Source: Candidatus Latescibacterota bacterium (GTDB lineage Bacteria > Latescibacterota > UBA2968 > UBA8231). From it: a DNA stretch of 64,000 bases. Where the stretch lies: contig OZ241867.1 in assembly GCA_965203175.1 (NCBI GenBank), positions 4,608,001-4,672,000 of the forward strand, written 5' to 3'. The notes below the pieces were generated by a model. That model saw only the letters and a program-made list of their open reading frames with translations, was not told where the DNA came from and did no database searches. Of this stretch, positions 1-9,358 are shown one piece after another. Numbering within the stretch: the first letter of the stretch is position 1; each line of letters opens with the position of its first letter. The position numbers were made by a program, and so were the translations under genes.

Positions 1-1691
1 TATTCCCACCGACCGCTTCCGGCAAACCTAAGCTCACCTCATTGCCCGCCTCATACAACTGGTCGTCTATGACCTGAGCGTGGAAGCTGGGCATACCATG
101 CACCACGATCGTGAATTCCAAAACGGCCGGCGCATCGCCATCCTGATCCGTCACCTGATACGTCAACGCATACCCCTCGCTCTCAGCAGCATACGTCGCA
201 TCCGCCGACAGCGTACCTGAAATCGTCCGCGTCGCGCTATCATAGCTCAGACCCTCCGGCAACTCCCCAGCCAACTCATACGTCACCTCGCCGTTGCCAC
301 CCGAAGCCGAGGGCAACACCCAAGGATCGATCGTCTGCCCTTCGGCAAAAGTGACTTGACTCGACACGGCTTCGTCAAAGCGGGGGATACCATCCACCCG
401 AATCGTGAACACCAACGGGGCCGGCTCTTCGCCATCGACATCCGCCACCCGATACGTCACCGTATACCCGTCAAAGGTATACCACGCAAACTCCGGCGGC
501 GTACCCGAAATCGTCCGAGTCCCCGGATCAAACGACAGCCCCGCAGGCAACTCCCCATCCAAGCGATACGTCCTCGCCACATTCCCACCTTCCGCCTCCG
601 GCAACTCCAAGCTCACCGCCTCGCCCGCCGTATACGGCTGGTCGTCCTGCTCCCGGACGAAGCTGGGGATGCCATTCACCCGAATCGAGAAGGTCAACGT
701 CACAGTATCGCCATCCACATCCGTCACCCGATACGTGAACCCATAGGACTCATCATACGTCACATCCGTCGGCGGCGTACCTGAAATCGTCCGCGCCACG
801 CCATCAAACGAAAGACCCGCAGGCAACTCCCCTTCCAACGTATACGTCAAACCGTTATTCCCACCGACCGCCTCCGGCAAACCTAAGCTCACCTCATTGC
901 CCGCCTCATACAACTGGTCGTCTATGACCTGAGCGTGGAAGCTGGGCATACCATGTATCACAATCGTGAATTCCAAAACGGCCGGCGCATCGCCATCCTG
1001 ATCCGTCACCTGATACGTCAACGCATACCCCTCGCTCTCAGCAGCATACGTCGCATCCGCCGACAGCGTACCTGAAATCGTCCGCGTCGCGCTATCATAG
1101 CTCAGACCCTCCGGCAACTCCCCAGCCAACTCATACGTCACCTCGCCGTTGCCACCCGAAGCCGAAGGCAACACCCAAGGATCGATCGTCTGCCCTTCGG
1201 CAAAGGTGACCTGACTTGACACGGTTTCGTCAAAGCGAGGGATACCATCCACCCGAATCGTGAACACCAACGGGGCCGGCTCTTCGCCATCGACATCCGC
1301 CACCCGATACGTCACCGTATATCCGTCAAAGGTATACCACGCAAACTCCGGCGGCGTACCCGAAATCGTCCGAGTCCCCGGATCAAACGACAGCCCCGCA
1401 GGCAACTCCCCATCCAAGCGATACGTCCTCGCCACATTCCCACCTTCCGCCTCCGGCAACTCCAAGCTCACCGCCTCGCCCGCCGTATACGGCTGGTCGT
1501 CCTGCTCCCGGACGAAGCTGGGGATGCCATTCACCCGAATCGAGAAGGTCAACGTCACAGTATCGCCATCCACATCCGTCACCCGATACGTAAACCCATA
1601 GGACTCATCATAGGTCACATCCGTCGGCGGCGTACCTGAAATCGTCCGCGCCACGCCATCAAACGAAAGACCCGCAGGCAACTCCCCTTCC
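1..1691. repeat. Near-identical tandem direct repeat, 855-bp period (3 Ig-like domains, 285 aa)
   Basis: TATTCCCACCGACCG starts at 1 and 856; shadow ORFs 405-746 and 1260-1601 translate identically; only scattered substitutions. Confidence 0.95.
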
Positions 1692-3064
1692 AGGGTATAC
1701 GCCAACGCTACATTCCCACCTTCCGCCTCCGGCAGCTCTAAGCTCACCTCATTGCCCGCCTCGTACAGATGATCTTCCTCCTCCCGGACGAAGCTGGGCA
1801 TAGCAGCTATCACAATCGTGAAGGTCAACTCAGCCGAATCGCCATCGGAATCCTCCGCCCGATACGTGAACGGATATGACGCGTCATACAACACATCAGC
1901 CGGCGGCGAACCCGAAATCATCCGAGTCGCCGGATCAAACGACAGACCCGCAGGCAACTCCCCGATCAAGCTATACGTCAGAGCGTCGGTGGACCGACCC
2001 ACTGGCAACTCCCAAGGCTGTTTTATCTCTTCGCCTGCAGTAAAGGTTGTTTGACGCGCAGCGACCGCCGCGAAGGTCAGCTCCACATAGATCGTAAAGG
2101 TCAATTCCTCGGCGTCGCTCTCCTCCATATTGGTATCGGAATCTTCGACCCGGTAGGTCATTTCATACGTCCCGGCTATGGTCGGCGTACCCGAAAGCGT
2201 TCGAGCCTCGGCATCAAACACCAGACCCTCCGGCAACTCCCCGACCAAGCTAGTTGACACAGATGACAAGCTATATCTCGGAGGTTCCTCATACTCTCCC
2301 ACCGAAGCCGGAGGCAATTCCAGAACTCCTATATCATCGCCTGTCCGGTACGACTGATCAGGAATCGTCGCCCCCTCAAAGCTCGGCCTTGTATCGACTT
2401 CTAGCTCGAATGTCAACGTGGCCGTATCGCCGTCGGCATCCATTACTTCGTAAGTCATCAAGGAAATAGCCACTTCCGAAGGCGTACCCGAAAGCGTCCG
2501 CGACCCGGCATCAAACGCCAATCCCGGCGGCACAGGCCTTAAACTATAGGTCAAATCGCCGTTGCCACTCAAAGCCGCAGGTAATTCCAAAGCGTCTATC
2601 GCCACCCCGGCCGAGAACATCTGATCGGCAACCGTCGCACCGTCAAAACTCGGAGCTACATCCTCTTCTTCCACTGAAATATTGAATGTCAAGCTGGCCG
2701 TGGCACCATCGGCATCCGTCACTTCGTAGGCCATCAGGTAAAAGACCTTTTCCGGGAAGGTGACAACATCCGAAGGGGTGCCCGAAAGCGTCCGAGTCGC
2801 GGCATCAAACGCCAATCCCGGCGGCAAGGGACTCAGAGCATATGTCAAATCGCCACTGCCACCTGTAGCCTCAGGTAGCACCAGATCCCCTATCGCCACC
2901 CCGGCCTCGTACATCTGGTTGGCAACCGTCTCCCCTTCAAAGCTCAGCGCATCTTGGGCTTTGGCCTCCGAAGCCAACATCAAAGTAGCCGCCAGAAAGA
3001 GCATACTCAGGCCGAACAGCGATCTATTCCAAACAAGCTTGTTACTAACTACACACCCGCTCAT
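1..3064 (-). CDS. Large secreted surface protein with about 10 tandem Ig-like (He_PIG/cadherin-like) domains; partial, runs off the left edge
   Basis: ATG at 3064 with GGAGG upstream; translation MSGCVVSNKLVWNRSLFGLSMLFLAATLMLASEAKA-QDALSF (signal peptide), then ~95-aa repeats with LPxGLxFDxxTRTxSGTP and DxDGD motifs. Plus-strand ORFs here are antisense shadows. Confidence 0.88.
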   Translation of the reverse strand, partial: MSGCVVSNKLVWNRSLFGLSMLFLAATLMLASEAKAQDALSFEGETVANQMYEAGVAIGDLVLPEATGGSGDLTYALSPLPPGLAFDAATRTLSGTPSDVVTFPEKVFYLMAYEVTDADGATASLTFNISVEEEDVAPSFDGATVADQMFSAGVAIDALELPAALSGNGDLTYSLRPVPPGLAFDAGSRTLSGTPSEVAISLMTYEVMDADGDTATLTFELEVDTRPSFEGATIPDQSYRTGDDIGVLELPPASVGEYEEPPRYSLSSVSTSLVGELPEGLVFDAEARTLSGTPTIAGTYEMTYRVEDSDTNMEESDAEELTFTIYVELTFAAVAARQTTFTAGEEIKQPWELPVGRSTDALTYSLIGELPAGLSFDPATRMISGSPPADVLYDASYPFTYRAEDSDGDSAELTFTIVIAAMPSFVREEEDHLYEAGNEVSLELPEAEGGNVALAYTLEGELPAGLSFDGVARTISGTPPTDVTYDESYGFTYRVTDVDGDTVTLTFSIRVNGIPSFVREQDDQPYTAGEAVSLELPEAEGGNVARTYRLDGELPAGLSFDPGTRTISGTPPEFAWYTFDGYTVTYRVADVDGEEPAPLVFTIRVDGIPRFDETVSSQVTFAEGQTIDPWVLPSASGGNGEVTYELAGELPEGLSYDSATRTISGTLSADATYAAESEGYALTYQVTDQDGDAPAVLEFTIVIHGMPSFHAQVIDDQLYEAGNEVSLGLPEAVGGNNGLTYTLEGELPAGLSFDGVARTISGTPPTDVTYDESYGFTYRVTDVDGDTVTLTFSIRVNGIPSFVREQDDQPYTAGEAVSLELPEAEGGNVARTYRLDGELPAGLSFDPGTRTISGTPPEFAWYTFDGYTVTYRVADVDGEEPAPLVFTIRVDGIPRFDEAVSSQVTFAEGQTIDPWVLPSASGGNGEVTYELAGELPEGLSYDSATRTISGTLSADATYAAESEGYALTYQVTDQDGDAPAVLEFTIVVHGMPSFHAQVIDDQLYEAGNEVSLGLPEAVGGN

Positions 3065-3099
3065 AATTGACCCTCCAATGAGAGATTTAAGTTTTAAGT

Positions 3100-3177
3100 T
3101 TAAGTTGCAACTTTGTGCGCTAGACCGCCGCCTCGCCGCTCTAAGGCCGCAACCACCTCCATCACCACCCCACTCAT
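3100..3177 (-). CDS. Putative 25-aa small ORF upstream of the surface protein
   Basis: MSGVVMEVVAALERRGGGLAHKVAT* preceded by AGAGGGAGG; ends 35 nt before the surface-protein ATG. Confidence 0.3.
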   Translation of the reverse strand: MSGVVMEVVAALERRGGGLAHKVAT

Positions 3178-3346
3178 GAATTCCTCCCTCTTAAGCGACC
3201 CTTACAACAATAGCTTAATTGAAGAGCGTGTAGAGAAGCCTGAGATCATTATTACGTACTCAATACAAAATACGCATCTAATATCCAGGATGCAAGAGGT
3301 AGTTTCTGAACCATATGGCCTATCAGCACCTAGGCATGTAGAAAGG

Positions 3347-3817
3347 TCAAGATCTTGCAAAAAGAGGAAGATCTTGACGCAACTCGGCTTCCAATTTGGA
3401 GTGGCAAGAGGGACAAACCGAAATTAGATGTTCCAGCTTATTGGCCTCTACATTGGAAGAGAAACTGCGATAGGGGATCTTGTGATGCACGTCAAGCTGG
3501 CGCCCCAGTTCCTCTTCGCTGACTCCGCATACCTGACAAATGAAGCCATCGCGCGTCCGCGCCTTTAGCGCTTGGAGTTCCCAATTGGCCCCCCGCCTTT
3601 TGGAAGTCTCCCCTAAGCAAACCTCTAACGATGGCACAGCTTCTGTCCAATCACGGCGACAAGATGCATCGCAAAAATGCAACTGAGCTTGGCCCGCATA
3701 CCAAGCCGGAACCTCGATCTCTAGCCGACAGTATGCACAGTTCGTAGCAACCTGCTCATTGCCGCCAGCAGGACATCGCTCGCCAAAGTCAAACCCCATT
3801 TGATCGCTAGAAGACAT
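3347..3817 (-). CDS. HNH endonuclease with N-terminal Cys-rich Zn finger
   Basis: CAYC...CDASC, then RDGFICQVC...DVHH...N...CPSCH. Confidence 0.8.
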   Translation of the reverse strand: MSSSDQMGFDFGERCPAGGNEQVATNCAYCRLEIEVPAWYAGQAQLHFCDASCRRDWTEAVPSLEVCLGETSKRRGANWELQALKARTRDGFICQVCGVSEEELGRQLDVHHKIPYRSFSSNVEANKLEHLISVCPSCHSKLEAELRQDLPLFARS

Positions 3818-3990
3818 GATAGACCACAGGGCTAATTTTTTTATACGAGATTCTAGTCCTTACCATATACTCTCGCCTCTTTTTGAAGCTACCTAACAAG
3901 GAGCCGAATTAAATAGCCTAGAAACCCCGCCTTGCCCCTTCTCCCCACTTTTATATATTTATTAAACGATTTTACCAAAGGAGCGCAAAA

Positions 3991-4245
3991 TTGCCCAAAC
4001 TCAAGTCTGCCAAAAAACACCAAGCCACTAGCGCCAAGGCCTACGCACGCAACCGCGTTCTTCGCTCGCGGATGCGCACGGCCCTTAAAAAAGTCCGTCA
4101 AGCTCCAGACAAAGCCTCGGCCGAGATCGCTCTACAGGCAGCGATTTCGACTGTCGACAGGACCACTAGCAAAGGTATCATTCACAAAAACACCGCTGCT
4201 CGCTACAAGTCGCGGCTGAGCCACCTCGTACAAACGATAGCTTAG
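3991..4245 (+). CDS. rpsT: 30S ribosomal protein S20
   Basis: SAKK...RN...SRMRTALKK...KGIIHKNTAARYKSRL; TTG start after AAGGAG. Confidence 0.97.
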   Translation: MPKLKSAKKHQATSAKAYARNRVLRSRMRTALKKVRQAPDKASAEIALQAAISTVDRTTSKGIIHKNTAARYKSRLSHLVQTIA

Positions 4246-4254
4246 TATTTCCCT

Positions 4255-5172
4255 TCATTCAAAGGCACGAGTACTCAAGTAGCGCAACCCGTTGTCGCAG
4301 AGGATAGTCGCGACTCGAGCAGTAGCCCCCAATTCTTGAGCAACTTGGACGGCGATATAAGCGTTGGCTCCTGCTGAAATCCCCACCAAAAGCCCCTCCT
4401 CTCGTGCCAAGCGGCGGGCCATTTCATAAGCGTCGTCGTCGGCGATGACTCGCACCTCGTCGATAACTTTGAGGTTGAGAACCGACGGAACAAAACCCGC
4501 ACCTATGCCCTCTATATAACTGAATCCAGCCTCTCCCCCTGAAAGCACAGGCGACCCAGCCGGCTCAACACCAATGACTCTCACTGCGGACAGAGCCTCC
4601 TTGAGTACCTCGCCGACTCCAGTCAATGACCCCCCGGTACCCACACCAGCCACAAAGGCATCAACTCGGCCATCTAACTGTTCCAAAATCTCACGGGCGG
4701 TCGTACGACGGTGTATCTCAGGGTTCGCGGCATTCATAAACTGCTGTGGCAAAAAGTAATCTGGGTTCTTGCGCTTGAGCTCAAGTGCCTTGTCGATAGC
4801 GCCGCGCATACCTTCGGCTGCTGGCGTCAACACAACTTCGGCACCATAAGCCTGCATCTGTAAGCGGCGCTCGCGGCTAGCCGTATCGAACATGGTGACA
4901 ATGAGCTTGTAGCCCTTGTAGGCAGCCACCATGGCCAAGCCAATGCCGGTATTGCCGCTAGTTGGCTCAATAATCGTGCCGCCCTCGACCAACAGCCCCT
5001 GCTCTTCGGCGGCTTCGATCATCGCCAGAGCGATGCGGTCCTTGACACTACCACCGGGATTGGTCGCTTCCAACTTGCCCCACACCTCGGCGGCATTCTC
5101 CCCGACGACTCGGCTGAGGCGGACCATAGGAGTGGCCCCGATTAACTCTAGCACATTGTGGGCGCGCTTCAT
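4255..5172 (-). CDS. cysK: Cysteine synthase A (PLP-dependent)
   Basis: NPGGSVKDRIA, PTSGNTG, GVGTGG motifs. Confidence 0.92.
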   Translation of the reverse strand: MKRAHNVLELIGATPMVRLSRVVGENAAEVWGKLEATNPGGSVKDRIALAMIEAAEEQGLLVEGGTIIEPTSGNTGIGLAMVAAYKGYKLIVTMFDTASRERRLQMQAYGAEVVLTPAAEGMRGAIDKALELKRKNPDYFLPQQFMNAANPEIHRRTTAREILEQLDGRVDAFVAGVGTGGSLTGVGEVLKEALSAVRVIGVEPAGSPVLSGGEAGFSYIEGIGAGFVPSVLNLKVIDEVRVIADDDAYEMARRLAREEGLLVGISAGANAYIAVQVAQELGATARVATILCDNGLRYLSTRAFE

Positions 5173-5212
5173 CCTGCACCGAACCTAACGCTAGCCACCT
5201 GTGCGACGGCCT

Positions 5213-5491
5213 TCAACTGCCGCCAGCAATGGCCGGGACGATGGAGACGCTATCGCCGTCGTTAAGGGGCGTGTCTTTTCCATCGAGGAAGCGAATATCT
5301 TCGTCGTTGACGAAGATATTAACGTAGCGACGTATCTCGCCGCCCTCATCAAGCAGTTTCTCGGCCAAACCCGTGTAAGTGTCTTCGAGTCCATCTACCA
5401 ACTGACTAATAGTCCCCGCCTCAAGTTCGACCTCGGCCTGATTGTGGGTCAATTTCCGCAACGGCGTGGGAATGTGAACAGTAACCGGCAT
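5213..5491 (-). CDS. cysO: MoaD/ThiS-family ubiquitin-like sulfur carrier (CysO-like)
   Basis: MPVTVHIPTPLRK...YVNIFVNDEDIRFL...VPAIAGGS; GGAGG RBS before ATG 5491. Confidence 0.88.
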   Translation of the reverse strand: MPVTVHIPTPLRKLTHNQAEVELEAGTISQLVDGLEDTYTGLAEKLLDEGGEIRRYVNIFVNDEDIRFLDGKDTPLNDGDSVSIVPAIAGGS

Positions 5492-5575
5492 TTCATCCTC
5501 CATGTGGTTAATTTAAGCGGCCCTGCCGCCTGCATTCTACTTATTCATTTCATTCATTATCCAATAGCGGTTTTA

Positions 5576-6070
5576 TTAAACTATTTCAACACCCGTTTCG
5601 ACGTAGCGATTACCGTCCCAAGCAAAACATTTGTAGCCTTGCACTTCCCGCTGGCTGCCTGCTTCTTCGCCGCATACTGAGAGCACCAGATACATCGCGT
5701 CTGGGTCGTCTGGATCGTCTCCCGCCTCTCGGCTGTTGAATATCCAAGTATGCCTCTCGTCTTCAGCCGAGAAATAGGCCGCGCAATCAATATGGGAATG
5801 GTAGCAACCCGAGATCCGGCCACCAGCCCTTTCGACCGCTTCCGCAATGAGTAGCTGTTCGCCTGCATCGATCAGATAAGCCGTGCTTGCATCCCGGGGA
5901 TAGTGCTTGGGATCTTCTTCGTGCCGCTGCTGCTGTACATTAGTACAAGCACGGACAGTGGTCATCCCACCCGGCACCTTCTCGACCAACAGACCGCAAC
6001 ACTCATGTGGGTACTCGGCCAAGGCTTGGGCGCAAATCCGTTCAAAATCTCTGCGGGCGACGCGCAGCAT
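5576..6070 (-). CDS. mec: JAB/MPN (JAMM, M67) metallopeptidase, Mec-like
   Basis: PHECCG plus YHSH-x7-SAED JAMM motif; sits between cysM and cysO. Confidence 0.88.
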   Translation of the reverse strand: MLRVARRDFERICAQALAEYPHECCGLLVEKVPGGMTTVRACTNVQQQRHEEDPKHYPRDASTAYLIDAGEQLLIAEAVERAGGRISGCYHSHIDCAAYFSAEDERHTWIFNSREAGDDPDDPDAMYLVLSVCGEEAGSQREVQGYKCFAWDGNRYVETGVEIV

Positions 6071-7003
6071 TCAGCTATCCTTTCGCTCAGTAATGGCATC
6101 GAGGGCCAGCCGCCACATAGGCGTACTCATGTACTTGTCGCCGCCATCACAAAACACCGTCACCACCACTCCTGTATCTAGTTGGCGAGCAACTTCCAGC
6201 GCGGCCCAATAAGCCCCACCCGAAGACTGGCCGACAAGAATCCCCTGCTCGACCGGCAGACGCAGTGTAGTATCATAGGCATCATCGGTATCTATCGGTA
6301 TTTTGTAGTCAAGGAGAGTCTCATCGTAGATACCGGGGACAATTGAACTCTCCATGTGCTTAAGGCCCTCAATGCCATGAAACGGCTCGGCTGGCTCAGC
6401 GGCAATGATCTGGATTGCCGGATTGAATTTCCTAAGACCTCGACCGGTGCCCATCAGCGTCCCGCTAGTGCCGATAGTGGCGACAAAATGAGTAACGCGG
6501 CCTTGGGTCTGCTCCCAGATTTCGGGCGCAGTAGTATCGCGGTGGGCGTACCAATTCGCGGGATTATTGTATTGGTCAGGCTTGAAGTACCGTTCGGGAT
6601 TGGCTTCGTATATTCGCCGCGCTTCCCGTATGGCCCCGTCGGAAAGCTCCCCTGGGTCAGTGTATACCACTTCGGCACCATAGGCTGCAAGAATGGCCTT
6701 ACGCTCGCGGCTGACATTGGCGGGCATGGCTAATTTTACCCGATAGCCCTTAGCAGCACCGATCATAGCGTAGGCAATGCCGGTATTTCCAGAAGTGGAA
6801 TCCAAAATGACCTTGCCCGGCCCCAGTGACCTGTCTTGCTCGCCATCCTCGATCATCCGCCGCGCCGGCCGGTCCTTGACCGACCCTCCGGGATTGAAAA
6901 ACTCCAGCTTGGCATAAACTTCCACTCGCGGTGGAATCGCCGGATCCCTCAGCCGCAAAAGCGGCGTATCACCAATCTGCTCGACGACCGATAGGCCTGT
7001 CAC
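6071..7003 (-). CDS. cysM: Cysteine synthase B / CysM-like
   Basis: NPGGSVKDRPA, TSGNTG, IGTSGT, IEGLK motifs; GTG start. Confidence 0.85.
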   Translation of the reverse strand: MTGLSVVEQIGDTPLLRLRDPAIPPRVEVYAKLEFFNPGGSVKDRPARRMIEDGEQDRSLGPGKVILDSTSGNTGIAYAMIGAAKGYRVKLAMPANVSRERKAILAAYGAEVVYTDPGELSDGAIREARRIYEANPERYFKPDQYNNPANWYAHRDTTAPEIWEQTQGRVTHFVATIGTSGTLMGTGRGLRKFNPAIQIIAAEPAEPFHGIEGLKHMESSIVPGIYDETLLDYKIPIDTDDAYDTTLRLPVEQGILVGQSSGGAYWAALEVARQLDTGVVVTVFCDGGDKYMSTPMWRLALDAITERKDS

Positions 7004-7020
7004 AAAAATCTCCCCCTACG

Positions 7021-7094
7021 ATTAAAAGAACCAAAATCCACCATGTCAACTAACCCTGCGCTTTCTTGACACCTTCCAAGCTGCCTTCTACTTT
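7021..7094. promoter_or_regulatory. Back-to-back sigma70-type promoters for the cysM operon (-) and aspS (+)
   Basis: Minus: TTGACA(7049-7044)-17-TTTAAT(7026-7021). Plus: TTGACA(7066)-17-TACTTT(7089). Confidence 0.65.
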
Positions 7095-7141
7095 ATTTTT
7101 TTCTCACCTGCAATCTAATCTTAATCATTTAGGTGTAATTT

Positions 7142-8926
7142 ATGGAAGAACCGAGCGAAAGCTTGGGCGACTGGGAGCGCACGCACGACTGCGGCACTCT
7201 CACAGATAAAGACATCGGGCAGCGCGTACTGCTAATGGGCTGGGTCTGGCGCCGCCGCGACCACGGCGGCGTTATTTTTATCGATCTCCGTGACCGCTAC
7301 GGTATTACCCAAATCGTCTTCAACCCACAGAGTGACCCCACTGCCTATCAGCAGGCCGATCACTTGCGCAGTGAGTACGTCATCGCCGTACAAGGCGAAG
7401 TCGAAGCCCGCCCCGAAGGCATGGTCAACCCTCAATTGCCCACCGGGGCGATTGAGGTAAACTGCGATCAGCTACGCCTCCTCAACCGCTGTCGGACCCC
7501 ACCTTTTCTCATCGAGGACCAAACCGACGCTGGAGAGGAAATTCGGCTCAAGTATCGCTATTTGGATCTGCGGCGGCCTCGTGTCCAAGGCAATTTGCTA
7601 CTCAGGCACCAAGGCTACCAAATCGTACGCCGCCTGCTCGACGAACGCGGCTTTATCGAAGTCGAAACGCCGTTTCTGACCAAAAGCACTCCCGAAGGGG
7701 CCCGAGATTACCTCGTCCCCAGCCGAGTCCATCCCGGACAATTTTTTGCTCTGCCCCAATCGCCTCAAACCTACAAGCAACTCTTGATGATCGCGGGCTA
7801 CGACCGCTACTTCCAGATCGTCAAGTGCTTCCGCGACGAGGATTTGCGCGCTGACCGCCAGCCCGAATTTACCCAAATCGACATTGAAATGGCCTTCGTG
7901 CGCGAGGATCACGTCATGACCATTGCCGAATATCTGACCCGCGCCCTTTTTGCTCAGTTGCGGCAAATCGATTTACCCAATCCCTTTCCGCGACTCACTT
8001 ACCGCGAAGCCATGGAGCGCTTCGGCTCCGATAAACCCGATCTGCGCTTCGGCCTAGAGATCAAAGATGTAGCGGCAGCAGCACGCTCTTCCCAATTCCA
8101 AGTCTTTCATTCCGTTCTTGATAGTGGAGGTCAAGTAAAAGGCATAACTGCCAAGGGCTGCAGTGGGTTCTCACGCGGACAAATTGATGATTTAATCGCC
8201 TTCGCCCAAGGATTAGGTGCCAAGGGTCTTAGCTGGATCAAACACACCGACGCTGGCCTTGAATCCTCCATCGTCAAATTCTTTCCCCAAGCCGCTCAGA
8301 CCCAGTTGATCGAGGCTCTCGAATCCGCCCCTGGAGACCTGATGCTTTTTGTCGCCGACCAGCCCAAGCAGGTCGCCCAGATTCTCGGGGCACTGCGCTT
8401 GGAGCTGGCTCAGCGCCTTTCATTAGTACCCGAAAATTCCTGGCAGCCCCTTTGGGTCAGTCAATTCCCACTGCTAGAACGCGATGAGGAAACCGACCGC
8501 TTTACAGCCGTGCACCATCCCTTCACAGCTCCCCTAGAAGAGGACTGCGCCCTATTGGATAGCGCCCCTGCCGAGGCTAGGGCGCGAGCCTATGACTTGG
8601 TCCTCAACGGCAATGAAATTGCCGGGGGCAGCATACGAATTTTCCAGCGCTCAGTACAAGCCCGTCTCTTTCAACTCTTAGAGATCGGCCCAGAAGAAGC
8701 CGCGGCCAAATTCGGTTTCCTGCTCGAAGCACTCGACTACGGAGCCCCGCCGCACGGTGGTATTGCCTTTGGCTTTGACCGACTGATCGCCTTGCTCGCC
8801 GACGAAGATTCAATCCGCGATGTCATCGCCTTTCCAAAGACCAATAAGGCCGTGGGCTTGATGGAAAACACCCCTTCTTCCGTCGATTTGGGCCAGTTGC
8901 GAGAATTGGGTATTCGGTATGCTTGA
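7142..8926 (+). CDS. aspS: Aspartate--tRNA ligase
   Basis: RDHGGVIFIDLRD, LPQSPQ, FRDEDLRADRQPEFTQID, GAPPHGG. Confidence 0.98.
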   Translation: MEEPSESLGDWERTHDCGTLTDKDIGQRVLLMGWVWRRRDHGGVIFIDLRDRYGITQIVFNPQSDPTAYQQADHLRSEYVIAVQGEVEARPEGMVNPQLPTGAIEVNCDQLRLLNRCRTPPFLIEDQTDAGEEIRLKYRYLDLRRPRVQGNLLLRHQGYQIVRRLLDERGFIEVETPFLTKSTPEGARDYLVPSRVHPGQFFALPQSPQTYKQLLMIAGYDRYFQIVKCFRDEDLRADRQPEFTQIDIEMAFVREDHVMTIAEYLTRALFAQLRQIDLPNPFPRLTYREAMERFGSDKPDLRFGLEIKDVAAAARSSQFQVFHSVLDSGGQVKGITAKGCSGFSRGQIDDLIAFAQGLGAKGLSWIKHTDAGLESSIVKFFPQAAQTQLIEALESAPGDLMLFVADQPKQVAQILGALRLELAQRLSLVPENSWQPLWVSQFPLLERDEETDRFTAVHHPFTAPLEEDCALLDSAPAEARARAYDLVLNGNEIAGGSIRIFQRSVQARLFQLLEIGPEEAAAKFGFLLEALDYGAPPHGGIAFGFDRLIALLADEDSIRDVIAFPKTNKAVGLMENTPSSVDLGQLRELGIRYA

Positions 8927-8963
8927 AAACGTACAGGCGGGGTAAGATTTTCACTTGTACTGC

Positions 8964-8991
8964 TTGACATCCACTCTAGGTCGCCTATATT
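8964..8991 (+). promoter_or_regulatory. sigma70-type promoter for the lipoprotein-LysM operon
   Basis: TTGACA-16-TATATT. Confidence 0.55.
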
Positions 8992-9059
8992 TGTGCCAAT
9001 ATCCCGTATATTAATTAAGATCACTGTTTGATCCTTAAGCTAGGTGGAGGAACTACTTA

Positions 9060-9344
9060 ATGAGCTGTCTTTCCACTTTGTCCACTTTGAGATACTTAGG
9101 CGTTGCCCTAGCGGTAGTCGCCCTGTCTCTCGTCACTAGCTGCTCGCGTGTTCCTTCACAAGAGGACATGGAATACCTAGAACAACGGCGCCAAGCTACT
9201 CTGGCTGCCGAAGCAAAAGTAACCGAGCTACAGGCCAAAAAAGCACAGCTCGAGCGAGACCTCGCCGAGCGGCAAGCCACCAAAAAAGCATTAGAAGCCA
9301 AACTAGCCGCTACCAAGAACAACCTCGCCAACCAAGCTAAATGA
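9060..9344 (+). CDS. Small coiled-coil lipoprotein
   Basis: Hydrophobic signal ending in LVTS-C; Ala/Lys/Glu/Gln heptad pattern; GGAGG RBS; C-terminal Lys. Confidence 0.8.
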   Translation: MSCLSTLSTLRYLGVALAVVALSLVTSCSRVPSQEDMEYLEQRRQATLAAEAKVTELQAKKAQLERDLAERQATKKALEAKLAATKNNLANQAK

Positions 9345-9358
9345 GAAAGGGTTCGACC

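Noticed and set aside
1-1691. Diversity-generating retroelement TR/VR pair
   Set aside because: Differences are not adenine-specific, both copies are in-frame coding, and no reverse transcriptase is present.
356-3179. Plus-strand ORFs, including two identical 113-aa products
   Set aside because: Antisense shadows of the repetitive minus-strand surface protein.
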